From contig WLWV01000003.1 of NCBI GenBank assembly GCA_012103395.1, forward strand, positions 1 through 39,295: 39,295 bases of DNA, written 5' to 3'. The notes under the pieces were generated by a model, which saw only the letters and a program-made list of their open reading frames with translations, did not search any database and was not told the origin of the DNA. The first letter of the stretch is position 1; each line of letters begins with the position of its first letter. Positions 1 through 9,164 of this stretch are shown piece after piece. A program made the position numbers and the translations under genes. This DNA comes from Gammaproteobacteria bacterium (GTDB lineage: Bacteria; Pseudomonadota; Gammaproteobacteria; Arenicellales; Poriferihabitantaceae).

Positions 1-1
1 G

Positions 2-58
2 CCGATGGAAACACTCATCGACGGTAAAGCGATCTGGAAAGAAAAGTTTGTAAACTAA
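2..58 (+). CDS. Possible 3' end of a CDS truncated by the window edge (…PMETLIDGKAIWKEKFVN*), product unknown
   Basis: Frame 2 is open from the window edge to TAA at 56-58 and reads like protein. Too short to identify. Confidence 0.4.
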   Translation, partial: PMETLIDGKAIWKEKFVN

Positions 59-508
59 ACTCTATCTGACAGACAGCTACTGATAAACGGGTAACTGTCA
101 GCTCAAGTCTGAACTTCTACAACTTAGCCAAGTATTTCCATCGTCACATGATTCCTTCGGCATTATACGGTTCGGACATATTCCCTTTATATTCGCATGG
201 TCGGCTTTTGTTGTTAGCTGCCTACTTTGATGGTGCAGCAGCATCGATACCACGTGTGGTGAATGATTCTGTCTCGTGGTTACCGATGATCACTAGTACT
301 TTCTTGTACTTTCGGAGTTAACCATCTATCGCTATCTAGAAAGTATCATTTAGGTGTTTCTTGAGAGGTCAGTACTCTGATGTTTTCGAAACTAACTGGA
401 GTATTTAGGTTATAGCATTGGACGAATGAGATGCTGGCGAATACTGTTTCCGATGCTATCCTCATTTACTCGTTGATCCATGTTTTCGAGTAAATGTCTG
501 ATATAGGG

Positions 509-545
509 GATTCCAACTCTCTTAAAACTAGAGTGAGTTGGAATC
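509..545. terminator. Inverted repeat just downstream of ilvD, possible terminator or stabilising hairpin
   Basis: GATTCCAACTC (509-519) / GAGTTGGAATC (535-545) form a perfect 11-bp stem 21 nt beyond the ilvD stop. No strong U-tract. Confidence 0.5.
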
Positions 546-566
546 ATCTTGAGTTCAGGTGCTGGA

Positions 567-2408
567 TTAGAATTGGTTGACGTCTCGAACCGCTCCTCTT
601 GCAGCGCTCGTGCTAAGTAGGGCGTAGGCTTTTAGGGCCGCGCTGACTTCTCGTACTCGGTCTGGCTTCCAGCCCTTAATCCCCTTGGCATCCATCTGCT
701 CACGTCGATTCTCCAGTATTTCTTCGTCGACAGCGAGATGAATCGACCGATTGGGTATATCAATTTCAATCGAATCAAATTCTTCAACCAGCCCAATTAA
801 ACCACCTTCGGCGGCTTCAGGTGAGACATGTCCAATGGACAAGCCTGAAGTCCCTCCTGAAAAACGACCATCGGTTATCAGTGCACAAGCTTTTCCAAGT
901 GCCTTGGATTTGAGGTAGGTGGTCGGATAAAGCATCTCTTGCATTCCAGGGCCACCTCTTGGGCCTTCATAGCGAATCACGACAACGTCTCCTGCCACGA
1001 TTTTGTTTCCCAGAATGCCATCAACCGCGGCGTCTTGACTTTCAAAAATTCGCGCGCGCCCTGTAAATTTAAGAATACTTTCGTCAACGCCAGCGGTTTT
1101 TACAATACATCCATCTTTTGCAAGATTTCCAAATAGCACGGCCAAGCCACCATCGAGGCTGTAGGCATGTGCAAGATTCCGAATACACCCATTCTCTCGG
1201 TCTAAATCCAACGTTTTGTAACGTTTGCTTTGGCTGAATGCTATTTGAGTCGGAACACCGCCTGGTGCAGCTCGAAAGAAATCTGTTTTTGCTGGATCTT
1301 CTGTGGATCCAATGTCCCATTTCTCGATGGATTCTGCCATGTTCGCCGAATGGACGCTAAGTGCCTCTAGGTTGATTAAGCCTGCTCGACTAAGTTCTCC
1401 CAGTATAGACATGACTCCACCCGCTCGGTGAACGTCTTCTACGTGATACTCCGGAGTGGCGGGCGCAACCTTGCACAAGTTTGGAACGACGCGACTGAGC
1501 CTGTCGATGTCTGTCATCTTAAAATTCACCCCCCCTTCTTCTGCAGCTGCAAGTAGGTGGAGTACGGTATTTGTGGATCCCCCCATGGCAATATCGAGGG
1601 ACATCGCATTCTCAAAAGCGGAGAAATTTGCAATGGATCGAGGAAGGACATCGTAATTGTCCTGTTCGTAGTGGCTTTTGGCTAGGGACACAATGGTTCG
1701 CCCTGCTTCCAGAAACAGATTTTCCCGTTCGCTATGTGTCGCCACGAGGGTTCCATTTCCTGGCAACGATAGTCCTAAAGCTTCTGTTAAGCAGTTCATA
1801 GAGTTGGCCGTGAACATCCCAGAGCAAGATCCACAAGTGGGGCAAGCTGATCGCTCCATGGATTCGGACTCTGCATCGGTGACTGTGTCATCAGCGGCAA
1901 CCATCATGGCGTCAACCAAATCAACGGAACGTTCATGGTCTCTCCACGTGACTTTACCTGCTTCCATTGGTCCTCCAGAGACAAAAATTGCTGGTATATT
2001 AAGTCTCATCGCTGCCATCAACATGCCCGGTGTGATCTTATCGCAATTTGAAATGCAAACTAGCGCGTCTGCACAATGTGCGTTCACCATGTACTCCACC
2101 GAATCGGCAATAATTTCTCGCGATGGCAAAGAATAGAGCATGCCTCCATGTCCCATGGCGATGCCATCATCCACGGCGATGGTATTGAATTCTTTGGCAA
2201 CGCCACCCACTGACTCTATTTCTCTAGCCACCAGCTGCCCCATGTCTTTTAAGTGGACATGGCCTGGAACAAATTGAGTAAATGAATTAGCAACGGCGAT
2301 GATCGGTTTATCAAAATCGTCGTCTTTCATGCCGGTGGCACGCCATAGTGCCCGCGCCCCAGCCATGGTTCTCCCGCGAGTTGTTGTCCAGGATCGATAA
2401 TTAGGCAT
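567..2408 (-). CDS. ilvD: Dihydroxy-acid dehydratase
   Basis: 613 aa with IlvD motifs [38 protein letters not shown] and [18 protein letters not shown]. Confidence 0.98.
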   Translation of the reverse strand: MPNYRSWTTTRGRTMAGARALWRATGMKDDDFDKPIIAVANSFTQFVPGHVHLKDMGQLVAREIESVGGVAKEFNTIAVDDGIAMGHGGMLYSLPSREIIADSVEYMVNAHCADALVCISNCDKITPGMLMAAMRLNIPAIFVSGGPMEAGKVTWRDHERSVDLVDAMMVAADDTVTDAESESMERSACPTCGSCSGMFTANSMNCLTEALGLSLPGNGTLVATHSERENLFLEAGRTIVSLAKSHYEQDNYDVLPRSIANFSAFENAMSLDIAMGGSTNTVLHLLAAAEEGGVNFKMTDIDRLSRVVPNLCKVAPATPEYHVEDVHRAGGVMSILGELSRAGLINLEALSVHSANMAESIEKWDIGSTEDPAKTDFFRAAPGGVPTQIAFSQSKRYKTLDLDRENGCIRNLAHAYSLDGGLAVLFGNLAKDGCIVKTAGVDESILKFTGRARIFESQDAAVDGILGNKIVAGDVVVIRYEGPRGGPGMQEMLYPTTYLKSKALGKACALITDGRFSGGTSGLSIGHVSPEAAEGGLIGLVEEFDSIEIDIPNRSIHLAVDEEILENRREQMDAKGIKGWKPDRVREVSAALKAYALLSTSAARGAVRDVNQF

Positions 2409-2631
2409 AGTGTTTTCTCTATAAGTGTTCTAGTTACATCAGTGGTTCTATTCTATCAAAAAGTGGGTCTGTGTAACCAAAGGAAATCTTTGAAACAAAG
2501 AGTGGGGTCTATCGCTAGCGACTAGCTTAGGTTGCATATAGATTAGTTGTTATTATGTTTGCTCTGTTGATAAATAAGAGGCTTGCCGAGAGAGTGCCTG
2601 CCGATGCCAACTACCTTCGAGCTCTGTTGTA

Positions 2632-3762
2632 CTAGCTAATTTCAATCAACGACTTGAGCTGCACGTCCAGAACATCCAAAATCTCGTTATACCTAAAAGC
2701 ACCTACTTTCTCTCCCTGCTTTTTGAGATTAACGTAATTGGGACCGCACCATAGGCCAAGGTCTGCATCGTCCGTTTCTCCAGGACCGTTAACTCGACAA
2801 CCCATGACGGCGATAGTGATTGCATGTTCTTTAGCATATCGTGTTCGTTCCTTCACTTGTTGCGCCAGCTCAATAAAGGACTCATTTTCTACCCTGGAAC
2901 AGCTGGGACAACTAATCAGATTTAGTTTTTTCTCATCAAAGTGCACCACCGTTTTAACCCTACCATCAGCAATATCTTTCAATATCTGCCGACCCGCGCT
3001 GATCTCCTGATGCTTATCGTCATAGGGTAGGGTGAGAGACACCCTGATGGTATCCCCGATTCCTTTGCCGATCAGTTGCTCGAACGCTATTCTTGTCTTC
3101 TCTATACCTTCTGGAGGCATGCCTGCTTCCGTAACACCGAGATGTAATGGGATGTCGGGCCGCATTCGCGCGTATTCCTGATAGGCACGAATGACTTTCT
3201 TCGGATCAGAGTCCTTCAAGGAAACGCAATATCGAGTAAAACCAAGGGTATCTAGCCAATCACTGTGCTCTAGGGCGCTCTCCACCATGGGTGTAATGGA
3301 GTGAGGGTCGTTTTGATCAATGAGTTTGGCAGGGTCTACTGATCCTGCATTTACACCAACCCTCATTGCGCAATTGTGTTTTTCCGCAATGTCTGCCAAA
3401 AATTGCACTTTATCTTTCCATGGCTTCTTCTTTTCATGGTGATAGAGGTGCCCTGGGTTGTAGCGAATTTTGTCGACATAAGGGGCCAGAGTTTCTGCTA
3501 ATCTATAATTCTCCTGAAGATCGACACTAAGAACGGCATCTGATTCCGCACGAAGCTTAATTAGCGCCTGTGCATCTCTTTTGTTGTCCACCGCAATTCT
3601 AATGATGTCTGCCCCCGCTTTTTCGAGAGAGTTGAGTTGTTTCAGTGTTGCGGGGATATCAGTGGTGGGAGTGGCGCACATGCTTTGCACTGCGATTGGG
3701 TGGTTGTTTCCAATAAAAATATTGCCAATTTTTACTTCTCTGGTCTGATTCCGCTGGATCAT
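2632..3762 (-). CDS. ispG: (E)-4-hydroxy-3-methylbut-2-enyl-diphosphate synthase (GcpE)
   Basis: 376 aa with [40 protein letters not shown] and the C-terminal Fe-S motifs CPSCSR and [11 protein letters not shown]. Confidence 0.95.
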   Translation of the reverse strand: MIQRNQTREVKIGNIFIGNNHPIAVQSMCATPTTDIPATLKQLNSLEKAGADIIRIAVDNKRDAQALIKLRAESDAVLSVDLQENYRLAETLAPYVDKIRYNPGHLYHHEKKKPWKDKVQFLADIAEKHNCAMRVGVNAGSVDPAKLIDQNDPHSITPMVESALEHSDWLDTLGFTRYCVSLKDSDPKKVIRAYQEYARMRPDIPLHLGVTEAGMPPEGIEKTRIAFEQLIGKGIGDTIRVSLTLPYDDKHQEISAGRQILKDIADGRVKTVVHFDEKKLNLISCPSCSRVENESFIELAQQVKERTRYAKEHAITIAVMGCRVNGPGETDDADLGLWCGPNYVNLKKQGEKVGAFRYNEILDVLDVQLKSLIEIS

Positions 3763-3979
3763 AAGTTATGATGACTGGGTTGTTGCAGGGCTGCGTACCC
3801 TATCGTTTCTTCATCGGCGAATCAATCTTTTCTGTGATCAATCGAAAGAGTGTTTTATGATCCAGAAAAAACTTTTCGCTGCCTAAATTTCAAAAAAGCT
3901 AAAATTCAGTGAAAAGTTAAGGAAATGGAGCTTGCCCGTTCACAACCACCACGTTATGTACGTATCACAGTAAACTTTT

Positions 3980-4750
3980 ATGAATTATAGTGTCGACCAA
4001 ATTAGCAACCTTCTGTTGGACCGCGGGCAAAGCGCCAATCATTTAATCGAACATTTTGAATCAATTGAATCCACAAATAGCTATTTGTTGAATCAGAAAA
4101 GTGTGTCGAATCGTGTATGTCTCGCCGAGAATCAAACTGGGGGTAGAGGACGCCGGGGACGCCAATGGCAATCAATGCATTCCGGTTCGATCTTAATGTC
4201 TATGGGTTGGGAGTTGCAGGGGCAAGATGTCAGTGGTTTGTCGCTCGTGATGGGGATTGCTGTTGTCTCTGCGTTACAGGAATTCGGATTGGAAAATGTG
4301 GGGCTGAAATGGCCAAACGATTTGCTTGTTAAGGGCGAGAAAATTGGTGGGATTCTCGTAGAGTTGAGTGGGCGAAACTGTGTGGTTGGATTGGGGTTAA
4401 ATGTTGATACTCCCTTTGATGGACAGGTGAACATTGATCTTCCTTGGACCGATCTAAGCCAGCAGGGCCTGGATGTTGATAAAAACAAGTTGGTGGTTGC
4501 ATTGGTTTCTAACTTTGAAAAATTAATGACTTCATTTATTGTCAGTGGCTTCGCCCAATTTCAATCTCATTGGAATGCTTTGCATGTGTATCAAAACAAG
4601 GCTGTTATAGTCTCGATGCCGGAAAAGGAGTGGATTGGCCTTGCGAAAGGTGTTGATTCTCGTGGAGCGTTGCTAGTCGAAATTGACGGGCAGACCAAGT
4701 GTATTGAGTCTGGCGAGGTGAGTATTCGTTTATGTGATCTACCATTGTGA
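3980..4750 (+). CDS. birA: Biotin--[acetyl-CoA-carboxylase] ligase lacking an obvious N-terminal HTH domain
   Basis: STN, QTGGRGRRGRQW, LKWPNDL, KIGGILVE and C-terminal SGEVS motifs; 256 aa. Confidence 0.95.
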   Translation: MNYSVDQISNLLLDRGQSANHLIEHFESIESTNSYLLNQKSVSNRVCLAENQTGGRGRRGRQWQSMHSGSILMSMGWELQGQDVSGLSLVMGIAVVSALQEFGLENVGLKWPNDLLVKGEKIGGILVELSGRNCVVGLGLNVDTPFDGQVNIDLPWTDLSQQGLDVDKNKLVVALVSNFEKLMTSFIVSGFAQFQSHWNALHVYQNKAVIVSMPEKEWIGLAKGVDSRGALLVEIDGQTKCIESGEVSIRLCDLPL

Positions 4751-5526
4751 AATTACTGATAGATATGGGTAACCAGCGGACCAAGTTAGTGAGCTCAGAG
4801 AGGTTAACTAAGAATTTGGGGGCTCCGCCAAGTGTGGTCAATAATGATTCAGATACCTTTATTCAAGAAGTGAGCATTTGCCTAGATAAGATTGGTGAGC
4901 CTGATGCTGTATGGGTCGCCAGTGTTTCTGATCCGCAAACTGAGCAATGCCTAGTTAATAGTGTTTTTCAGCGCTGGGAAATTATTCCCAAATTTCTTCG
5001 CTCAGCAGATCGGAACAATGGTGTTGTGAATCACTATGCTAATCCCGCGCAATTGGGGGTCGATAGATGGGCTGCGCTTATCGGAGCAAAGTATTTAGCG
5101 CAAGAAAAGAGCGTTATCGTTGTTGACGCAGGAACTGCGGTAACCTTAGATTACATTGATGCTGAGGGAAACTTCAGAGGTGGTGTCATTTTTCCAGGTG
5201 TTCGTGGAATGCAAAAAGCATTGAATATGCAAGCAGAAAAAATTACTATTCCCCCGCCCTGTGATGATGGTATGAGTGGGTTGCTTACCATGATGAACAC
5301 AGATACGGAGTCCGCGGTAAAAAATGGAGCTGAACTCGCTGTTACTGCGGCTATTGAGTCAGGAATTCGGCGATTGTTAACCTCCCAAGACCCAGCTGCA
5401 CAAATTGTCATTACAGGAGGAGATAGTAAGCGAATCATCGAATTGAGTGATTGTCCAATGCGGCTCGAAGCCAATCTGGTGCTGTTGGGAGTAAACGTAA
5501 TATCTGAGGAGGTTGTTGGAGTATGA
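4747..5526 (+). CDS. coaX: Type III pantothenate kinase
   Basis: LLIDMGNQRTK, LGVDRW, VVDAGTAVTLD, GGVIFPG and ITGGD motifs. GTG start overlaps the birA stop (GTGA). Confidence 0.95.
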   Translation: MKLLIDMGNQRTKLVSSERLTKNLGAPPSVVNNDSDTFIQEVSICLDKIGEPDAVWVASVSDPQTEQCLVNSVFQRWEIIPKFLRSADRNNGVVNHYANPAQLGVDRWAALIGAKYLAQEKSVIVVDAGTAVTLDYIDAEGNFRGGVIFPGVRGMQKALNMQAEKITIPPPCDDGMSGLLTMMNTDTESAVKNGAELAVTAAIESGIRRLLTSQDPAAQIVITGGDSKRIIELSDCPMRLEANLVLLGVNVISEEVVGV

Positions 5527-6248
5527 AGTGGGTTGCCGCTTTGTTAATGGTTGTCAATGTAGCGATCTATCTTTCAGTAGGTAGTCGACATGCTGATATT
5601 GACCAATCTGTTTCAGGAGATAGTGTGGATGTCAATATTGAAGGAATGCTGTTGTTAAACGAATCGCCGAAGTCGCCATCAGATCTGCAGGAGGGGCGGC
5701 TTTCGGAACAGAACATTACACCGTTTACACAAGATGAAATTAGTGTGGAGGGAGGAGCAGAAAACTTGTTGCCAAGTCTGCTTGACTCGGAGATTGCGTG
5801 TTATCGAATAGGCCCGTTTAAATCAAAAGATGCCTTGGGCCTTGCGGCAGTATGGATGGATGGGCAAGGGTTCGCTTTTAAGGAAAAAGAAAGTCAGAGT
5901 AGACAGTTAAAAGCAACAAGGGTGTACCTAGGGCCATTCGATGGCGCTGCGTCAGCGGTCCCGACGGTCAATCAGTTGAATGTGAGCGGGCTGGATCATT
6001 TTATGTATAAAGGAGACGATGGATTGACGCGAATCTCTTTGGGTTATTTTACTCAGGAAGGGTTAGCCGAAAAATTCCTTTCTTACTTGGTATCTGTTGA
6101 CATTGAAGCCAAATCACTGCCAGAGTATCGACAGCTAGGCCCCTTTCACTGGTTAGAAGCAAAAATGAAAGAAGGCACTGAAGTGGTAATAGAAACAGAA
6201 TCGTGGTTAGGAAAGGGAAGTTCGATATCTCGTATGGAATGCGTTTAA
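5523..6248 (+). CDS. Membrane-anchored SPOR-domain-like protein
   Basis: Hydrophobic N-terminus plus CYRIGPF, VYLGPF and ISLGYF repeats typical of SPOR-like domains. The position after birA-coaX is common in proteobacteria. Confidence 0.7.
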   Translation: MKWVAALLMVVNVAIYLSVGSRHADIDQSVSGDSVDVNIEGMLLLNESPKSPSDLQEGRLSEQNITPFTQDEISVEGGAENLLPSLLDSEIACYRIGPFKSKDALGLAAVWMDGQGFAFKEKESQSRQLKATRVYLGPFDGAASAVPTVNQLNVSGLDHFMYKGDDGLTRISLGYFTQEGLAEKFLSYLVSVDIEAKSLPEYRQLGPFHWLEAKMKEGTEVVIETESWLGKGSSISRMECV

Positions 6249-6373
6249 GGCTATTCATGTGGCAAGAGCGCTTCAGGTGAAAAATGCGGAGCAGCGTAGG
6301 AGATGCAATTTTCCAATTTGAGAATGTAGTCTTTATTTCTATTTCGAAAATAGCAAATTATGTGATTTACCCA

Positions 6374-6411
6374 TTGCATTTGTTGTATGCTTTTGAGTAC
6401 AATCGCGCTCC
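6374..6411 (+). promoter_or_regulatory. Putative sigma70 promoter of the tRNA-tuf operon with GC-rich discriminator
   Basis: TTGCAT (6374-6379), 18-nt spacer, TACAAT (6398-6403), followed by CGCGCTCC. AT-rich upstream region. Confidence 0.6.
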
Positions 6412-6503
6412 ATTTTGGATTTGGGTGGGTGCTTATGATTGATCCCCTCAAAGTAATTGGCTTGGCATCGGTGTACGGTGTTCGTTTGTATAAGGTTTGT
6501 TTT

Positions 6504-6845
6504 GCCTGCATAGCTCAGTTGGCTAGAGCAGCTGATTTGTAGAAAAATTGCACCTTAATGGGGAAACCTATTAAGTGGAGGCGGCTAAAACGGGGAAACC
6601 TTAACTGACTCAGCGTTTTGAATACTGAAAGCGCTATTCAGCTGGCAATCCCGTGCTATCTGTTAAGCCAGATATTTCTGGTGATGTTGATGGAGAGTGT
6701 AGAGACTTTACACCGCCCACCTAAAGCATATTGATTGTCAGGGTGAAGAGAAAGTCCAGACCCCAAACTCTCAAGTGAGAGGTCGCGAAAGCGATAGTAG
6801 GTAAGAATCAGCAGGTCGTGGGTTCGAGTCCCTCTGCGGGCTCCA
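6504..6845 (+). tRNA. tRNA-Thr(UGU) split by a group I intron (exon 1 6504-6540, exon 2 6806-6845)
   Basis: Joined exons give a 77-nt cloverleaf: acceptor GCCTGCA/TGCGGGC, D arm GCTC/GAGC, anticodon stem GCTGA/TCAGC with loop TT-TGT-AA, T loop TTCGAGT, T73 and encoded CCA. It occupies the thrU position of the Thr-Tyr-Gly-Thr-tuf cluster. Confidence 0.95.
6541..6805 (+). ncRNA. Group I self-splicing intron (IC3-like), 265 nt, no ORF
   Basis: Follows exon U6540 and ends in G6805. IGS GCA at 6550-6552; P2 6554-6575 with GAAA loop; P3 GGCGG 6580-6584 / CCGCC 6713-6717; P4 ACGGGG 6590-6595 / TCCCGT 6649-6654; P7 G-A-GACT 6702-6707 / AGTCC 6753-6757; P8 CACCT/GGGTG; P9 hairpins at 6768-6781 and 6782-6795. 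Confidence 0.93.
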
Positions 6846-6953
6846 CTTATAATAAGAATGCTTATTTGGAGGCGCCTTTTTAATAGATTGAAGATGTTGC
6901 CAGGCTTTAGGCAGGATCTGTATATATAGATAGATTTTAAAGCGTTAGTTATT

Positions 6954-7038
6954 GGAGGGGTTCCCGAGCGGTCAAAGGGGGCAGACTGTAAATCTGCTGG
7001 CTCAGCCTTCGGAGGTTCGAATCCTCCCCCCTCCACCA
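6954..7038 (+). tRNA. tRNA-Tyr(GUA)
   Basis: GGAGGGG/CCCCTCC acceptor, GCAGA-CTGTAAA-TCTGC anticodon arm, long variable arm, TTCGAAT, ACCA end. Confidence 0.97.
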
Positions 7039-7071
7039 TTTCTATTTCAGCTTTAGTCTGAGCGGTAAGTT

Positions 7072-7146
7072 GCGGGTGTAGTTCAAAGGCTAGAACCTCA
7101 GCCTTCCAAGCTGATGATGTGGGTTCGATTCCCATCACCCGCTCCA
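7072..7146 (+). tRNA. tRNA-Gly(UCC)
   Basis: GCGGGTG/CACCCGC acceptor, TCAGC-CTTCCAA-GCTGA anticodon arm, TTCGATT, TCCA end. Confidence 0.97.
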
Positions 7147-7211
7147 TTAAGATTTGAGAAGCTGTTGAGGGCAAATCATGCTTCTCATGAGCAGTTTTTC
7201 TATCTTCTGAG

Positions 7212-7287
<76 letters not shown>

Positions 7288-7370
7288 ATGGTTGTGTTTT
7301 GGGTTAAGTGGGTGTGTTGGTTCGTATCAGTGTGGTTGCTTAGCCGGGCTGGTTGGTTTGATTTGCTGAA

Positions 7371-8582
7371 TTTTCGGAAATTACAATAATGGCGAAAGAG
7401 AAATTTGAAAGAACGAAGCCGCATGTGAATGTCGGCACGATTGGTCACGTAGATCATGGTAAAACGACGCTGACGGCGGCGATGACAAGAGTGTTGTCGA
7501 GCAAATTTGGTGGTGAAGCTCAGGCGTTTGACCAAATTGATAATGCTCCAGAGGAGCGAGAGAGAGGTATAACGATTTCGACGGCCCACGTTGAATACGA
7601 AACAGAAGCCCGACACTATGCGCACGTAGATTGCCCAGGTCACGCTGACTATGTAAAGAACATGATTACCGGAGCGGCCCAGATGGATGGAGCGATTTTG
7701 GTGTGTTCTGCAGCAGATGGTCCAATGCCTCAAACGCGAGAGCACATCCTGCTGGCTCGCCAGGTGGGTGTACCTTACATTGTTGTGTTCCTCAACAAAG
7801 CGGACATGGTGGATGATGAAGAGTTGATGGAGTTGGTTGAAATGGAGATTCGAGAGCTGCTTGATGCTTATGAATTTCCTGGTGATGACACTCCGATTAT
7901 AGCAGGCAGTGCACTGAAAGCGCTGGAAGGCGATACAAGTGATATAGGGGAGCCAGCAATATTGAAGCTTGCGGAAGCGCTTGATGAATATATCCCGATG
8001 CCAGATCGTGCGGTAGATGGCGCTTTTTTGATGCCGGTAGAGGATGTGTTTTCAATTTCAGGACGTGGAACAGTGGTTACCGGTCGTATAGAGCGCGGTG
8101 TGATCAAGGTTGGCGAAGAGATTTCGATCATAGGGATTCACGACACGAAGAACACGACTTGCACAGGAGTAGAGATGTTCCGTAAGTTGTTGGATCAGGG
8201 TGAGGCGGGTGATAACGTGGGAATTCTTCTTCGTGGAACGAAACGAGAAGAGGTTGAGCGGGGTCAGGTATTAGGTAAGCCGGGTTCAATTACGCCGCAC
8301 ACCAAATTTGAAGCAGAGGTGTATATTCTGTCGAAGGACGAGGGTGGACGCCACACTCCATTTTTCAATGGCTATCGCCCGCAGTTCTATTTTCGCACCA
8401 CGGATGTAACGGGAGCGTGTGAATTGGTGGAAGGTGTTGAGATGGTTATGCCGGGTGATAATGTTCAGATGACAGTGGAGTTGATAGCTCCGATCGCGAT
8501 GGAAGAAGGTTTGCGTTTTGCAATTCGCGAAGGTGGTCGAACAGTTGGTGCCGGTGTGGTTGCCAAAATTATTGAATAAGCG
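7371..8582 (+). repeat. Copy 1 of a 1212-bp direct repeat (tuf plus flanks); copy 2 is at 24073-25284
   Basis: Both copies start TTTTCGGAAATTACAATA-ATG and end TAA-GCG. The proteins and the antisense ORF translations are identical. Confidence 0.9.
7389..8579 (+). CDS. tuf: Elongation factor Tu (tufB position)
   Basis: [39 protein letters not shown] and NKAD motifs; 396 aa. Confidence 0.99.
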   Translation: MAKEKFERTKPHVNVGTIGHVDHGKTTLTAAMTRVLSSKFGGEAQAFDQIDNAPEERERGITISTAHVEYETEARHYAHVDCPGHADYVKNMITGAAQMDGAILVCSAADGPMPQTREHILLARQVGVPYIVVFLNKADMVDDEELMELVEMEIRELLDAYEFPGDDTPIIAGSALKALEGDTSDIGEPAILKLAEALDEYIPMPDRAVDGAFLMPVEDVFSISGRGTVVTGRIERGVIKVGEEISIIGIHDTKNTTCTGVEMFRKLLDQGEAGDNVGILLRGTKREEVERGQVLGKPGSITPHTKFEAEVYILSKDEGGRHTPFFNGYRPQFYFRTTDVTGACELVEGVEMVMPGDNVQMTVELIAPIAMEEGLRFAIREGGRTVGAGVVAKIIE

Positions 8583-8607
8583 TTGTTCAAGTTTATGCTA
8601 AGTGATT

Positions 8608-8638
8608 GCCCGGTAAGCTTTTGCTCCGCCGGGCTTTT
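8608..8638 (+). terminator. Putative intrinsic terminator after tuf
   Basis: GCCCGGT…GCCGGGC stem followed by TTTT. Confidence 0.6.
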
Positions 8639-8677
8639 GCGCTAGATAAGTTGTAAAAGCTGAAGTAGTTAGCCCGA

Positions 8678-8753
8678 AGGCCAGTAGCTCAATTGGCAGA
8701 GCGGCGGTCTCCAAAACCGCAGGTTGGGGGTTCGATTCCCTCCTGGCCTGCCA
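8678..8753 (+). tRNA. tRNA-Trp(CCA)
   Basis: AGGCCAG/CTGGCCT acceptor, GCGGT-CTCCAAA-ACCGC anticodon arm, TTCGATT, GCCA end; upstream of secE. Confidence 0.97.
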
Positions 8754-8810
8754 TTTCGTGCTAACAACTAATGCTTTGGGCTGCTTTTGAAACGACTTTA
8801 GGTGAATTAG

Positions 8811-9164
8811 ATGATCGACAAGATCAAGTTGGTGGCGGCAATATTGATAATTGTAGTTTCAATTTTTGCTTATTATCGCTTTGCAGATGTTATGCAACTA
8901 GCACGGATCGGGATTATTATTGCTGGTGTCGCTGCCGGTGCTGGTGTCATGCTGACTACAGCAACAGGCCAGTCTGCATTCGCCTTCATAAAAGGGGCTA
9001 ATGTGGAACGCCAAAAAGTGGTATGGCCGACAAGAAGGGAGGCTATGCAAGTTACGATAATGGTAATTGTGCTGACAATCATTTTGGGTCTCCTTATGTG
9101 GCTTTTTGATTCTTTGTCTTTTTATGGTATTTATGATCTTGTTCTCAGGGTGAGAGGTGGTTGA
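8811..9164 (+). CDS. secE: Preprotein translocase subunit SecE
   Basis: Three hydrophobic segments and KVVWPTRRE motif; lies before nusG. Confidence 0.95.
   Translation: MIDKIKLVAAILIIVVSIFAYYRFADVMQLARIGIIIAGVAAGAGVMLTTATGQSAFAFIKGANVERQKVVWPTRREAMQVTIMVIVLTIILGLLMWLFDSLSFYGIYDLVLRVRGG

Noticed and set aside
2457-2510. Imperfect direct repeat CAAAAAGTGGGTCT / CAAAGAGTGGGGTCT upstream of ilvD
   Set aside because: Only two degenerate copies exist and they match no operator I can name. No BCAA-rich leader peptide was evident.
6251-6511. 86-aa minus-strand ORF upstream of the tRNA cluster
   Set aside because: It overlaps the tRNA promoter and the tRNA 5' end in antisense and has no recognisable motif.
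6541-6805. Insert interpreted as an integrative element or att-site remnant in a tRNA
   Set aside because: There is no duplicated tRNA segment or integrase. The two halves are exactly complementary exons and the insert folds as a group I core.
6841-6871. Trailer hairpin (CTCCA…AATAAG/CTTATT…TGGAG) able to pair with the tRNA-Thr CCA end
   Set aside because: The pairings are short and AT-rich and could arise by chance. Nothing supports a regulatory role.
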